NCBI RefSeq assembly: GCF_001949145.1 | Contig: NW_019091358.1 | Coordinates: 496,961-560,960, forward strand | DNA length: 64,000 nucleotides | Source of the DNA: Acanthaster planci | Taxonomy: Eukaryota | Reading direction: 5' to 3' | In this document: positions 52,497 through 64,000 of the stretch, one piece after another | How positions within the stretch are numbered: the stretch's first letter is position 1 | How the letters are laid out: each line of letters begins with the position of its first letter | Notes under the pieces: generated by a model | Told to the model about the DNA's origin: nothing | The model's input: only the letters and a program-made list of their open reading frames with translations | Database searches by the model: none | Program-made: the position numbers and the translations under genes

Positions 52497-54318
52497 GTAA
52501 GTACTGCCAGGTCCATGTTAGGCTTTTATCAGATGCAAGCTGAATTCATCCCCGTGAAGGAACCTGTCTATTGGCGTATCTCTCTGTTACATGTAGGTGT
52601 ATTGCATTCGGAATTGGGAGGAGGGATTGTCACGGTGACTTCTCGGAGAAGTTAGTCTCCTGCCGGAAGTTCTGAAGAGAAATCCTTAGGGATGCCTGCC
52701 ATCTCACATCTCCCTCTTTCAGCAGGAAGAGAGAAATTGGATTCAGTGATGAAATATTTCCGACCCTCAGGGATGGAAATTGGACGGATTATCTCCCAGA
52801 ATGGCACTAACATTTGATAGAAAAGTAGGAAACAAACCCATCACAAGTTATTTCAGATGAGTTTGTTCCATCTGGGTTACCACCTCACCCGGGAACCATG
52901 CAACACATCTTTCTAGAACTTGGCAGTCAGTCATAGAAACTATTTGATTTATGGAAGCATTCAATTAAAAGATCCGTTATCATTTTTCGGATGTTATTGA
53001 CAGTTTGCCCATCAATTAATCTTCTGCCTCTAAAAATACTGCAGGAAACATGTCAGAGGATGTAGTGTCCATCAGTTTGTAGCCATCACACCATCCATGT
53101 CTAAAATAAAGTATTGCTAGAAACATATTGAGAGGTTTCCCATTAGAGAGAAATCTCTTGCCCTCCATCGGAAATACTCTTCTTTTAGTGCAAGAAATTA
53201 GGCCAAACATACTAGCATGATCAAGTTCATTTCACCATTATCAGCTTTTGATAAGATGTGGTCAGATGTGAACACATTCGCATTGTTTGAATGTCATATG
53301 CACAAAAAGCCAGAGCAAAAAATCTGTTGGTCATTTGCTTCTTCATTTCCTTCAAACGTGTTGTCTGGCCATATCTGCTTTTGGTCAGACGTGGACCAGA
53401 AGTGATAAGAAACTTGGCACAAATCCAGGAATTCATGCTCTGCTCTGCGAAGTGAGGGACGCTCACGAGAACATGCAAGTCTAGATTGAAACTTGTGTAG
53501 AAAGGAAAGAGACGCAGTGAACGTTTGGCTGTAGGTGCTCCAAAGTGTGAGAAGTCATAATGCTCCCATGTGTGAAAATGCAATGTGGAACCATACAGAA
53601 GAGTGAAAGAGAAAATTAATGGGACTTCCCCTACTGTATGTGGCACATTCATGGGCTTAGAATTATAACTGAAAGCTTTTCAGATGAGAGAATGGAATCC
53701 AACCTTATCAAACCATCTGCAGACTGTTTCTCTTTGCATTTTATTGTGCAATGTTTTACATGTATAGTTTTGTATTTTGCATTATACATGTACATAAATT
53801 CACCTTTAATTCGTCTGGAAAAAATAAACAAAACAAAAACATTTTCTATTACAGCAAAGAATTCAGTTCACTTTGTAGATGTTACTGTAAAACCGTTTCT
53901 AAGCTCCATGCCTTGATCTGTCAGCAGATGCATTTTTCAAAGATAATTTTGAAGTACTGTTATAGACACCAAACTAAAGAGTTACAGGTGTCAAATGAAA
54001 TTAAGTCATACTGAAAGAATTTAATCTTCCCTTTCTTCCAGGATGCCAGACCAGATTATCTTAGTGGATATCAGTAACCAGGCCCTAGGTTATCAGTGAA
54101 ATATTTGTACTAGCTTGGGGAAGTAAGGCTGTGCCTTGGAAATGCTGATCAATCCCCCCTGAATTTCTCAACTCTCTTGGTCGGAGAAAATTGTTCCCTT
54201 GTGGCAGTTGAGATCCTATAACCTCCAACTCAGACTGTTTTGTAGTTGCCCCTGACTTGGTGTAACAGCTGCCAACATTTTCACCGTGAAAGTATAATGG
54301 TGGTTATAGTCTACTGTA

Positions 54319-55150
54319 GCACTGCGTTTACACTTGATCCGGAGAGGAGGATCAGATCTGGCAGGGGGATCAGATCTGGATCAGATCTGGATCAAAAACG
54401 TGTGTAAACACAACGCAGGATCAGACCCTGATCCCGGGATCTGATCCTCTTCTCGGGAAGGATCAGATCCGGTTCAGATCCCACGCACGGGATCAATTTG
54501 CAAGTGTAAACCCAACACTGGATCCGATCCGGATCAGATACGAGAATTTGACATAACTACATCCGGTGCAAGTCTTGAAGTGAGCGAAAACAAGTCTCTG
54601 TCATCGTGAAGACCTACATGTACATGTACATGTCATTATACGTATATGACATTGTACACGTACCATATGTACGCTGTTGGCCCGGCCGCCACGTACCCGG
54701 TACATAACCAGCATTACGCTGGTTCTCAATTAAGCCCGTGTGCTTTTGTCCTGTGAGTTGGTAGTAAACTGGTACTTGCCCTTTCTCATACTTTTTGCAC
54801 ACCGCCTTCGTTACTTTCGTTACTGCTGCATATCACTCATCCAAAACCTTCTATTTCCCCATTTTTCATCATTTCATCTGAAACTTCATGTACGTAAGAT
54901 AAGACAATGAGATGTATATGTACAGCGCGAAAGTACACGTAATACTGGCTGCCGTTTTGCTGCAGTGCACATAATCAGTGAACTGTTTGCATAACCTTTG
55001 CCCTGAGGTTGCAGCGCTTCATCGACGCCACGCAGGATCAGGATCCAGTGTAAACGTGGCACAGATCTGATCCCCTCGCCTGGTTGCTCTCGCCTGGTTG
55101 CTCTCGCCGGACCTGATCCTCCTTTGCAGGATCCAGTGTAAACGCGGCGT
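54319..55150. mobile_element. PIF/Harbinger-like MITE with GATC-rich subterminal repeats
   Basis: TIR gcgtttacacttgatcc / ggatccagtgtaaacgc, repeated GTGTAAAC and GGATCAGATC motifs, a 14-bp tandem ctcgcctggttgct, and retained CpG. Confidence 0.85.
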
Positions 55151-55859
55151 TACATGTACATGCATCGGTGTTTCCTTTGTGATGTTATTAATCCCATACA
55201 TGTGCAGTATGTTGAGCATGTACACCATGTACATGTGCTTGGACAGATAGACTCATTGCACGTGCATACGGTGTGCACTGTATTGCACTGTATGTGTCAT
55301 CCTGCAGCTCTCTTAATAGTTCAGCTGTCTTCATCACTCATCTCCATGTGCATTGTACACATCTGTGGTCAAGCCTGTTTGCAGACTACATGTACTGTAC
55401 ATGTGCCCATGTAGCATCCTCAGGTAGCAGAGATTGCATGTGGCGTAGTGTGTACTTGTCCGTGCCAGTGTACCACACATACTGTACCATTACCTAATGG
55501 AGTAAGGCAGTAACCTTAAATGCCCTAAAGATTCTATTTACATGTAGAGTGTGTACGATGTCCCAGTAATAATGCATCTGAAGCCTTCGGGAATCCCACA
55601 GCCAGATACTGACAAGGCAAATTACCAGTAACAAAACCCAACAGAAACAGTGTACATGTACGTGACTTGGTGGATATCCTTGGATTCAGGATTGGTGTTA
55701 AATATGATGTGTAATGCTTTCGCAAATTCCCCGGTTGTTCCTAGTACAGGGAAAGTACCGGTATGGTAGTTGGTAATAGGTTAGACCGTCCCCAGCTAGT
55801 GGCTACTGTCGATTTCCTGAGAGTAACCCCGGTTGTCATTTGTTCTTCCCCCTGCCCAG

Positions 55860-56068
55860 AATTGTCCCAGTTGCTGTCCAACCTGGAGCAGATGCAGGCC
55901 AAGCTGAGGGACTCGACCAGACCAGAGACCGTCCAGTTCCTGGGCAGCCTCTTCCAGAACCCGGGGTTCCAGCAAGCACTGGAGGTGCACAACCAATTGG
56001 TGCAGGTTCACCAACAGACCCAGGTGCCTCTGCCTGTCACCAGCAGTGCCCAACAAATCGCTGCTGAG
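55860..56068 (+). CDS. MPP5: Coding exon 6: L27N domain (ELSQLLSNLEQMQ...VQFLGSLFQNPGFQQALEVHNQL) and start of L27C
   Basis: Acceptor ttcttccccctgcccag|, donor GAG|GTGAGA. The FL..LF..P.FQ.AL..HN pattern is typical of the PALS1 L27N domain. Confidence 0.92.
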
Positions 56069-59000
56069 GTGAGATGAGACGTCGAGTTGCAGTTTTTGTG
56101 TGTACTTGTTTCTCACAAGGGTTTACTTCTTTTTCAAACACAGTTTACCGGCATGAGCTGCTTCAAAGGAAATGAAAAAGACATACATGTACCTGACTTC
56201 GCTAAAGACCTACTCAGATTTGCATATAAACTTCTGAAAACTTGGCAATTCCGTGAATGGTTTATCACTAAATCAGTGTGTTTTCTTGGAAGTAGTTGTC
56301 CCCATTCATTTTTCTGGGAGGACATAAATGTATTGGTCATGCAATATATGTTTAAATGTTGGAATTGATGTATCATGTTGTTCATATACCGGTATATACA
56401 TACATGTACTAACACAGGAGAACATGTTACCTGGTAAAATTTGCATGTACGCTATGCATGTGCAGAAGGAAGCGACCAAACTCGATCAGGTTGGTTGGAC
56501 ATCAGAGAATTGGCCATGGTCCAATTACTGTCGACTTATCCCCCCCAGCTGAGAGCTGCCATCCCCAAATGTTCTCTGATAAGATTCTGCCAACCAGACA
56601 GTGCATGATAAGGCTGTCTGCTCTGTGTCCTGACCAGGGTGGAGGTCATGCCCCCAGGGAATACATATAGTTATCTTCAGAGGAGCTGGCAAAACAAGTT
56701 GCTTTGGACTCTCTGTGGGCTCTTCAGAAATCAGTTATCTTTGGACCTTTCTTAACTGAATTGAATTAGCTGTCACTGGATTGGTTATTGAGAATAGGGG
56801 TACATGTATGTATAAAATGTGGTGTGCATTCTGATCCCATGTTAAATGTACTGTAGCTCTCATAGATCACTCAGATGGCCTCACAGTTACCTGGTCTAGT
56901 CTCCATCATTGCATCATTTTAAATCAGTCAGATAGTTGAGTTTGGGCTTGTGTAATAACTGACAAAATGTACCAGTTTTGTGCTTGCCAAGTGGGGAAGT
57001 TTGAGGATGTCCTGGTCAGACTGGAAACAAAAAACATTGAAAGAGATGCACAAATTTCAACTTGTCATTACATGTGGGTAGTTTTAATCTGCTGTTCTTG
57101 TGTCCATGTACGTTGCATGGAGAATTGAGTGAAAAGTTGAGTTTTTCCTAAGCTGGTATGGGACATTCCGTCTTTCACGGCCTGCGCTTGTAATTGCCTC
57201 ACTGTTGGATGTTTTTGCACCTGTGCTTGTTTAGCCACTAGCCGGCAAACAGTATTATGGTACCGGTACAATAGTCATTGTGCTTTAAGCGCGACATCCA
57301 TGATTGTCACAGCCCCTCCCTGCGTGGCGGACATCTGCTCGGATATAGGGAAATCACCAATAAAGAACCTTTCGGGCTTTAGCACTTCCTTTGTGATGCG
57401 TGACCAGTGGTTTCTATTTTAACAAAGCCAGGAGACACTGTCATTAGTTTTTGATTGGTTTAGAAAGCCTGTTGACAACATTACAATCCTAGCTTTGATC
57501 CTGTTGTGATCCGTGCCTGTCTGTGGTTTCTTTACTTCCTCTTATAAACCTCATTCTATTATGGAAGTATGGGTGGGGGGAAGTTATGGTTAAATTTACT
57601 ACCGCCCTTGACACGCCCCCAGCCATTCTTGTGGAATTTGTTTTGGGGACCCTTATGAAAATCTACATCAGACTTTATGATCTGTAACCTAATGCCAAAT
57701 GTTTCTGCCAGGCTCTTGCATGATATATACCAGTACATGTATGCACGCATTTCGAGTGGCTAGCAATGTGGGCACTTTATCAATAGAGTATTTTGCTTTT
57801 TTTGGTGCAGTAATTAGGGTTTACCTGCATGTACGTCATTTGAATATACTGCCCACGTGTACATGTACAAGTGTTTACGTGTCGGGTCCCTTTTGCTCTT
57901 CTCCTAAGTGTACGTTCTAACCCACCTGCCCCTAGATTCTTCCTATCAAATAACTTTGACATTGGCAGCTTTTTATTACTCATCAAAAGGCCAAGTTTGA
58001 TTAGCTGCTGTCATTAGTCAGCCCCTGGTCCTTTTTTTTTTTTCCTTCATTTTTTATTTTTTGCTGGTGGGTGGAGTATGTTTTATGCACACGTTATTTT
58101 GAACGATGTCAGATCCCTGATAATAGATGGATTGTGCGTCTGTGCCGTCATGTGTAGGAGCCGTCCTTTTTGCCCCGGACAACAATCCCTTAGTACAGTG
58201 TATAGTGTGGGTGGCTGCCATCTTTGCTCATGCACAATTCTGCTTTACCAGTGTCTCCATGCTGTACATGTACATGTGCAAGAACGTGTACTTCAATGGC
58301 ATACCCACTGCATGTCATTAGATACGGTAGTATCATGGCAGACTGTCTCTGGTTTGAGTGATCTGTCATGTCATTGTAATGCAATTTTAAAATTCCAATT
58401 TGTACCACTTGTGCCAAGCATGCTGACTTTTTTTGCAGCCCTCCTACCGTTACATCAGTGGCATAATTACTGGTACCTGTTGGTTGAGTTCCAGAGGGAT
58501 TCTGGTGTTGTACATATTTTTTTCACTGAAAACATGTTAAATGTGGCTATGCACGTTCATTTGAAAGTTTCAATTGGGGGAGACTACATGTACATGTTAT
58601 AAGTAACTGCTAATATTTTAAAACTGGCTGTGTAACACAAAGTGGTTGCTTGCTCTCCGGTTTGTACAGAACATGGTAGGAATGTACATGTATGTTCAAA
58701 ACTAACGGTTTCCAATTCTGGAAATATAATTTACACTTTGTGAAAGTTTGGGTTATTCAGCTTCTCTGAAAATCAAATCCTTGACAGTCAAGTTGGTGCA
58801 TCCCTGTTTCCCATGCATGATCTTGATATCTTATACACAGTAGACAGATTGTCTGTAAGCAGATCCTTTGTGATTTGTCTAATGTTGGAGGTACTCAAAG
58901 CATCACCCATAATGCTGCATTGTTCTCCCGGAAGTATTGTCCATTTTTCGTATCCTTTCTGTTGATAATATCTGAGAGAAAGTTGTAGTTTCCTAAGTCT

Positions 59001-59094
59001 GGAATGATGGATAGCCCAAGTCTCGTTGGTATGTTTTATCGCTAGCCGTGTCATTTTATTTTACCCTACCTCATTTGTCTTTGTTGCGCTCTAG

Positions 59095-59172
59095 GTGAAA
59101 GCAGGAGCCAAGACAAGTCAGAGTGATGAAGCACAGGAACTCACAAGGATACTTGAGACTCCGGAATTCAAG
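59095..59172 (+). CDS. MPP5: Coding exon 7: VKAGAKTSQSDEAQELTRILETPEFK, part of L27C
   Basis: Long pyrimidine tract plus TAG acceptor and AAG|GTAAGG donor; 78 nt, phase 0-0. EA.EL..IL..P.FK is the L27 consensus. Confidence 0.9.
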
Positions 59173-62100
59173 GTAAGGAATCCTGTTGATATGGGAAAAG
59201 TTAACCAGTCGGTGATGCCGGACATTATTAGTCCGTGACGAACTTATCGACAGCGTAATGTTTATATTTGGTGGAAAGATAGACTTTTGAACACAGGGCA
59301 CCACGATCACAGTCCTTTACAAAGTTACACATGCTGACCTTTGGTGGTCATTTGTTCAAGATTTTTTTCAACATTTCTTACCGCGTCGTTTTTTTTCCTT
59401 TTAAGACTGAGACAATGATGCTGAGCACTATTTGCTGTAGTGCCCATCTGTGGCACACAGCCACATATTTTCAGAGCTCCACATGCGCTCTACCTCCATG
59501 GACCTAAGTGAACTTGCATGTGTGTACAAACTCAGTGGGAATGACTCTCTTTGAGTCAAAAGTGGGGACAAGGACAGGTGTCACCTGGCACCGCGCACAG
59601 AATTTGCGTAGAACTTGTTTAAACCTCATCATCATAGCGTGCACAAAAAATCCCCGCAGGTTAACATGTCCCCGGCAGGACCTGGTTTTTCAAAAAGAAA
59701 TCAAGGATATGTCAACTGTGCTAAGATGGGACTTGTACCTAAGACCACCTGCTGGTTAGGGCAGACATCATGCCATTTAGTTTGGCTCAATGTGAATTAG
59801 TTTGATTTGATTAGAATATAGATCTTCCTGTCTATGACATCTGATAAAAGATCATAAGTTCCTCAAGTACATGTGGTGGAACGATGGATAGCTCAAACCC
59901 CTTTGGTATATTTTACACTAGCTGTAGATTAGATTCAAATTAGTTAAGTTTAGATTTTTTGACATTTTGAGTAATGGTGCCATCTTTTGTTACTCTAAGA
60001 GTTTCCTCAGCCTTCCTACACCTAATATTTGTAATTGTTTTGTTCCTGTCCAGTTGTGGCAAGGCTGAAAAGGGTTTATAACTGTCGTTTGTTACATTTA
60101 CTAGTATGTGACAGATGTTGTCAATTTGGACATTGTGGGCCTAGCATTAATTCCAGCTTCCCTATAAATAGATCAGTGATACAGTTGTCATGCTTCTGGA
60201 TATGTTGCCCATATGATGTCATTGTGGGATTAACCTTGAACGCTGTAAGCCTTTTCCAAACCCTGTGAATCTTTCATAATGCTAGACTGTGCAGTGACAC
60301 ATGACACATTCCTTGTAATTAGTTAAAAGTTTGAAATCCTGTGAAATTTCCAAGGAATCACATCTGGGTCTGTCAGTATTGAGTTTTGTCAAAATAAAAC
60401 GCTGAGATGGTGGATTGGTTGTCTGCTTTTTGAGTGGATAGGGTACGCACGATTTTTTGTCCAAAATATAGGTGGGCTGACTTCAAAAGTTTTTGTGATG
60501 AGATACATGAAAATGTCTCTGGGAAAGCCTTAGAAATATAATGTGGAGATTTTTATATGGCCATCAAGTTTGTAAAGCGCATTCAGTCAGTGAAAGGCCA
60601 GCTTCTCCAAATGGAAATTCCCGCGGAATTTTGCCTTAATGTAGAAAGTTCTCCTCACTTTATTACAGGGTCTGTCCTGTTTATGAAGGTGTATTGGACT
60701 GTACTGTAACATGAAATGAATTAGAACAAACTCATTAATATTGATAGAAGATGAAGCCAACAGTGCTAAGTATTGTTGAATTTTTGGTCGTTCTAAGGTC
60801 CAAGAATGTACATGTAGATGCAGTAGGTTGTGTACCCAAGAAGGATTGTAGAATGACATAATTGTTCCATACAGATGCTGTCATCCTAAATATGCAACGA
60901 TGCAGACTACCCACTGAGCAGAACTTGTCCCATAGGAACTCAATTCACAATTGCTATGAGTCCAGCCCATGGTACCCTGGTTCAGTTCCTCCCGGAGACT
61001 CTAATTGAAAGTGATTGATCTGGCTGTGTGTGTTAGATAACTGTTATTGTAAGGGGAAGACTAGCTCACCAATTATACCCCAGGGGCAGGGATGTTACTC
61101 ATGGCAGGGGTTTGGCAGGTGTACCTCTCCATCTTGACCTGTCGTTAAGGTCAGGGGACAAGATCGTTGCACAGCCCAGTTTGGGGTTGAATGGGGACAA
61201 AGCAGTATTATTTCAAACACACGAAAAAGGTTCACAAGTTTAAGTAATGTACCATAAAGTGTTTGTTTAAAACCCAGCACATTCACCTTAACTCCCTGAA
61301 TCCCCCCACCTATTGGGAGATGTAAAAAAACTCTTAGGGGACCAAAACTTCAAAGGTTCATACACTTGCACAAAGTTGATATTTTGTACTTACAGTGTAA
61401 CGTCAAAGAAGAACTGAATTTGTGCCAAATACTGTGTATTTGCCAATCACAATAGTCAACTCTACATTTCTTGTGAGGAATATCCTATTATGCACTCTAT
61501 GTGTACATATACAATACTGTATGTGTACATTATGCAGTATCTTACAGCCTAGCCATAGAACATCACAGTGTACTGATGAAGGTGATGGCCAACCTTGTGC
61601 AGCAGAAGCATGTACATGTACTGTACATGTATGCTTGTGTATCCTAGGTTGCTCAGGTCAACTGAGCTTTCCACATATTGATTCTTGGGACACGGGGAAC
61701 CAGTGGATGTACCACCAGCTCCTAGACAGAGGTGACAGTTAAGCAGCAAAAGGTCGAAGGTGAAACCACTGTTCAGGGGACTAGGGTTCTGTTTATTGTC
61801 ATCTTGGCGGAGCAGTTCTTCTTGTCTGCATGCAGGCCCTTTTCCCCCTCTCTCCCAGTGTCTGAGTTTTTTCTGCCATGCCTACACAGTATCCGTCTAG
61901 ACTCAGTGGAAGGGAAAACATGACTTGTTGGTGTTGAAGTCTGCAGGTGAGGTGGGTGTGGTTCTCAAGTGTCCAGAGGGACAAGCTGTGTTACTAAACT
62001 TGGATGCCCTGAAGTCTCACGAATCCTGTGGGCATTTCTGCCACAGCCACTGTGCAATCTACATGTAGATCAACCCAAACAGTAACTCAGCCATCGGTAG

Positions 62101-62755
62101 GTTTTGCACTTGAGTGAGTTGTGGCACGCCAGGTACATGTACATGTATATTCATCGTGACATGTTTTACACAATGAGCCAGCTCGGTATTTCAAAAAGCC
62201 AAGGTCTTTCGGGAACAAAGTGCGTGCGTGAGTCAGCGTATGGGTGCGCGGATAAGACAGGCTGTCGCGCATGCACGTAGCTGTTCCCGAATAGCTTCGT
62301 AATGGGCATGTGCTGTTGGCATACTGGACTGGCTCATTGCATGTCAGTCAATGTCCTGCCAATGAGCAATTTTAAGAGTTCAGATTGCACAGTTGGTGTG
62401 CTGAGTTTAGCAGTGGTATCATTCACTGAGTTCCTGATGTTTTCTTACATGTGGCCACTCGTTCAGACACATGTACATGTAAGTGCAGGTTTGGACTTGG
62501 TGTTCGGGTCCCTGTGGAGATGTATATGTACCTGGTACATGTACCTTTGAGCACTAGTTGTACATGTAGATTTGAACCTTGGTATGCACCATAGAGGTCA
62601 GACTGGTCTATTGTGGGTGCCAACAAACAGCTCACAAACAAGCCAAGAATATCTGAGCAATAATCACTCAATCTAGGCTCTCCTCATCTGCCCTACTCTA
62701 ACCCTTTTTGCCGTCTGTGCCAAATCTGGAAAGCAAATGGTGAGGGCGTTTTTAA

Positions 62756-63092
62756 AGAGCACCTTAAGGAAAACATGTTTTCTGTGATTTTATCTGTTCA
62801 AATAAATATGGAAGCATGTGTATGCCAAACAATGCATGTAGCCATTGTTTGGCTTGCTAGGGTTTACCCACTACGAACACGGCGAGGGTTCCCCTCGTTT
62901 TCTCTGTTTTCTCAGAATGACGCAATCTACATTCAGAATTCGCATCTTGGCATGAGCAGAAAAAACCCTTTTTAGCTTGTTGTACATGTAGTTGTACTAA
63001 GAAGACAAGTGACACTGGGTTGGATTTGGATGCTTCCATATTTATTTGAACGGATAAAAGCAGAGAAAACATGTTTTCCTTAGAGGGGCTCT
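62756..63092. mobile_element. Kolobok-like MITE (TTAA TSD, AG..CT ends, about 60-bp TIRs)
   Basis: TTAA|agagcaccttaaggaaaacatgttttct..ttttatctgttcaaataaatatggaagcat versus atgcttccatatttatttgaacggataaaa..agaaaacatgttttcctta..gctct|TTAA. Confidence 0.9.
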
Positions 63093-63549
63093 TTAAATGG
63101 GGAGAAAGAGCACAACAAAACCTACATGTAAGTCTTCCAACCAGCTTTCTCTTTGTTGACTGAAATATGAGAGGCCTTATGTGTCAAAGTAGAAAATTCT
63201 GACAGTGATTCCTGCCAGGTAAGTTATCAGTCTTAGAGGGCATTTCTATTTTGCATGTAATGCACTGGGAATCTGTGGTACGTTAGGCGATCTGTGTGTA
63301 TGTTATCCTTTTAGCTTAACTCTCTTTTGACTGATGTCAAGAGGGCTTCTTGAATGAGCCGACTCACACTGCAGCAGTTTCCCTGCTATATTCTGGGGAA
63401 AGCATTCATACAGTAATACAGCATCCCAGATCTCACTGAGCGAGAGCCTGATGCAATATCGGGAGTGGCAATATACTCACATCATCTCTGGTGGGTTATG
63501 GTACTTTGTTTGATTTACGATAAATCTTGTTTGGGAATGGAGGTGCACG

Positions 63550-63583
63550 AAGTCCCTCTTTCTGCCAAGTCCCTCTTTCTGCC
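63550..63583. repeat. Perfect 17-bp tandem duplication
   Basis: aagtccctctttctgcc occurs twice in tandem. Confidence 0.9.
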
Positions 63584-64000
63584 ACCGTGGAGAGTGCTCA
63601 TTACCATCAGCAGGTCCTTCGTCGTAAATCATTCAGGGACGTGTTAGCCACAGGATGTGTTCTCTGAGTGCTGACAAGAGTGGGCAGGAACATGTGGCAC
63701 TTTCACGCGTGCCTCTGGGGTCTGGATGTTAAACTTTTGTCGGGGCGTTGTCATTTGGGATTTTCGTATACTCGTAAGTATGAACAGCAGCCACTTCCTC
63801 CCAGCAAAGGGCAGTCTGGCTGTTACCGAGCATGAACTGCAAGGAATTGACGTCAGTGTCGGCAAACCACTCGAAAACAACTTTGCGTCAACTTGACTGT
63901 GCATTTTGTGGGGCATGCCATATTTTTTCTTGGGTCCTGGCCCTCTGTGTATACATATGTTTTGTCGTACAGGTCGTGATGTTGACTATTCTGTCCTCCC

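Larger units (their letters stand above)
5063..59172 (+). other. MPP5: Gene span (3' incomplete) of MAGUK p55-subfamily polarity scaffold PALS1/MPP5/Stardust; join(5063..5129,33866..33975,34693..34750,48995..49908,52373..52496,55860..56068,59095..59172)
   Basis: Exon lengths 67+110+58+914+124+209+78 = 1560 nt with phases 1,0,1,0,1,0,0 all compatible and no stop codon. Encodes HREVAVDCP (PALS1 ECR1 is HREMAVDCP) followed by tandem L27-like helices, the diagnostic PALS1/Stardust N-terminal architecture. Confidence 0.9.

Noticed and set aside
54042..54077. Good acceptor followed by DARPDYLSGYQ
   Set aside because: No convincing donor before the stop; exon 52373-52496 already provides the required phase link.
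63174..63218. Possible next coding exon ALCVKVENSDSDSCQ before CAG|GTAAGT
   Set aside because: Poor GAG acceptor and it lacks the expected L27C ending (LL..HD); the true next exon is probably outside the window.

Overview
Eukaryotic (invertebrate animal) genomic DNA, mostly CpG-poor and rich in TACATGTA-type motifs. The window lies almost entirely within one large plus-strand gene, a PALS1/MPP5/Stardust MAGUK polarity scaffold. Seven coding exons join in frame with compatible splice phases (5063-5129, 33866-33975, 34693-34750, 48995-49908, 52373-52496, 55860-56068, 59095-59172). They give 1560 nt, or 520 codons. The product has an atypical N-terminal PDZ-like domain, an acidic linker, the Par6-binding ECR1 motif HREVAVDCP, a PPxY motif, L27N and the start of L27C. 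The PDZ-SH3-GUK core presumably lies beyond the right edge. The introns hold many non-autonomous DNA transposons (MITEs with TIRs, some with TSDs, one nested stack) and three copies of a tRNA-derived SINE. Most notable observations: a GC-AG intron, a candidate recursive splice site in the 28.7-kb first intron, a CpG-rich internal promoter, a candidate myristoylated alternative first exon, and TA-[CA/TG/CATG/CWG/CCGG]-TA arrays that parse as accumulated Tc1/mariner excision footprints. I found no CRISPR array, rRNA, genuine tRNA or transposase ORF. Nearly all other ORFs in the track are spurious. No searches were run; homology statements come from recalled family knowledge.
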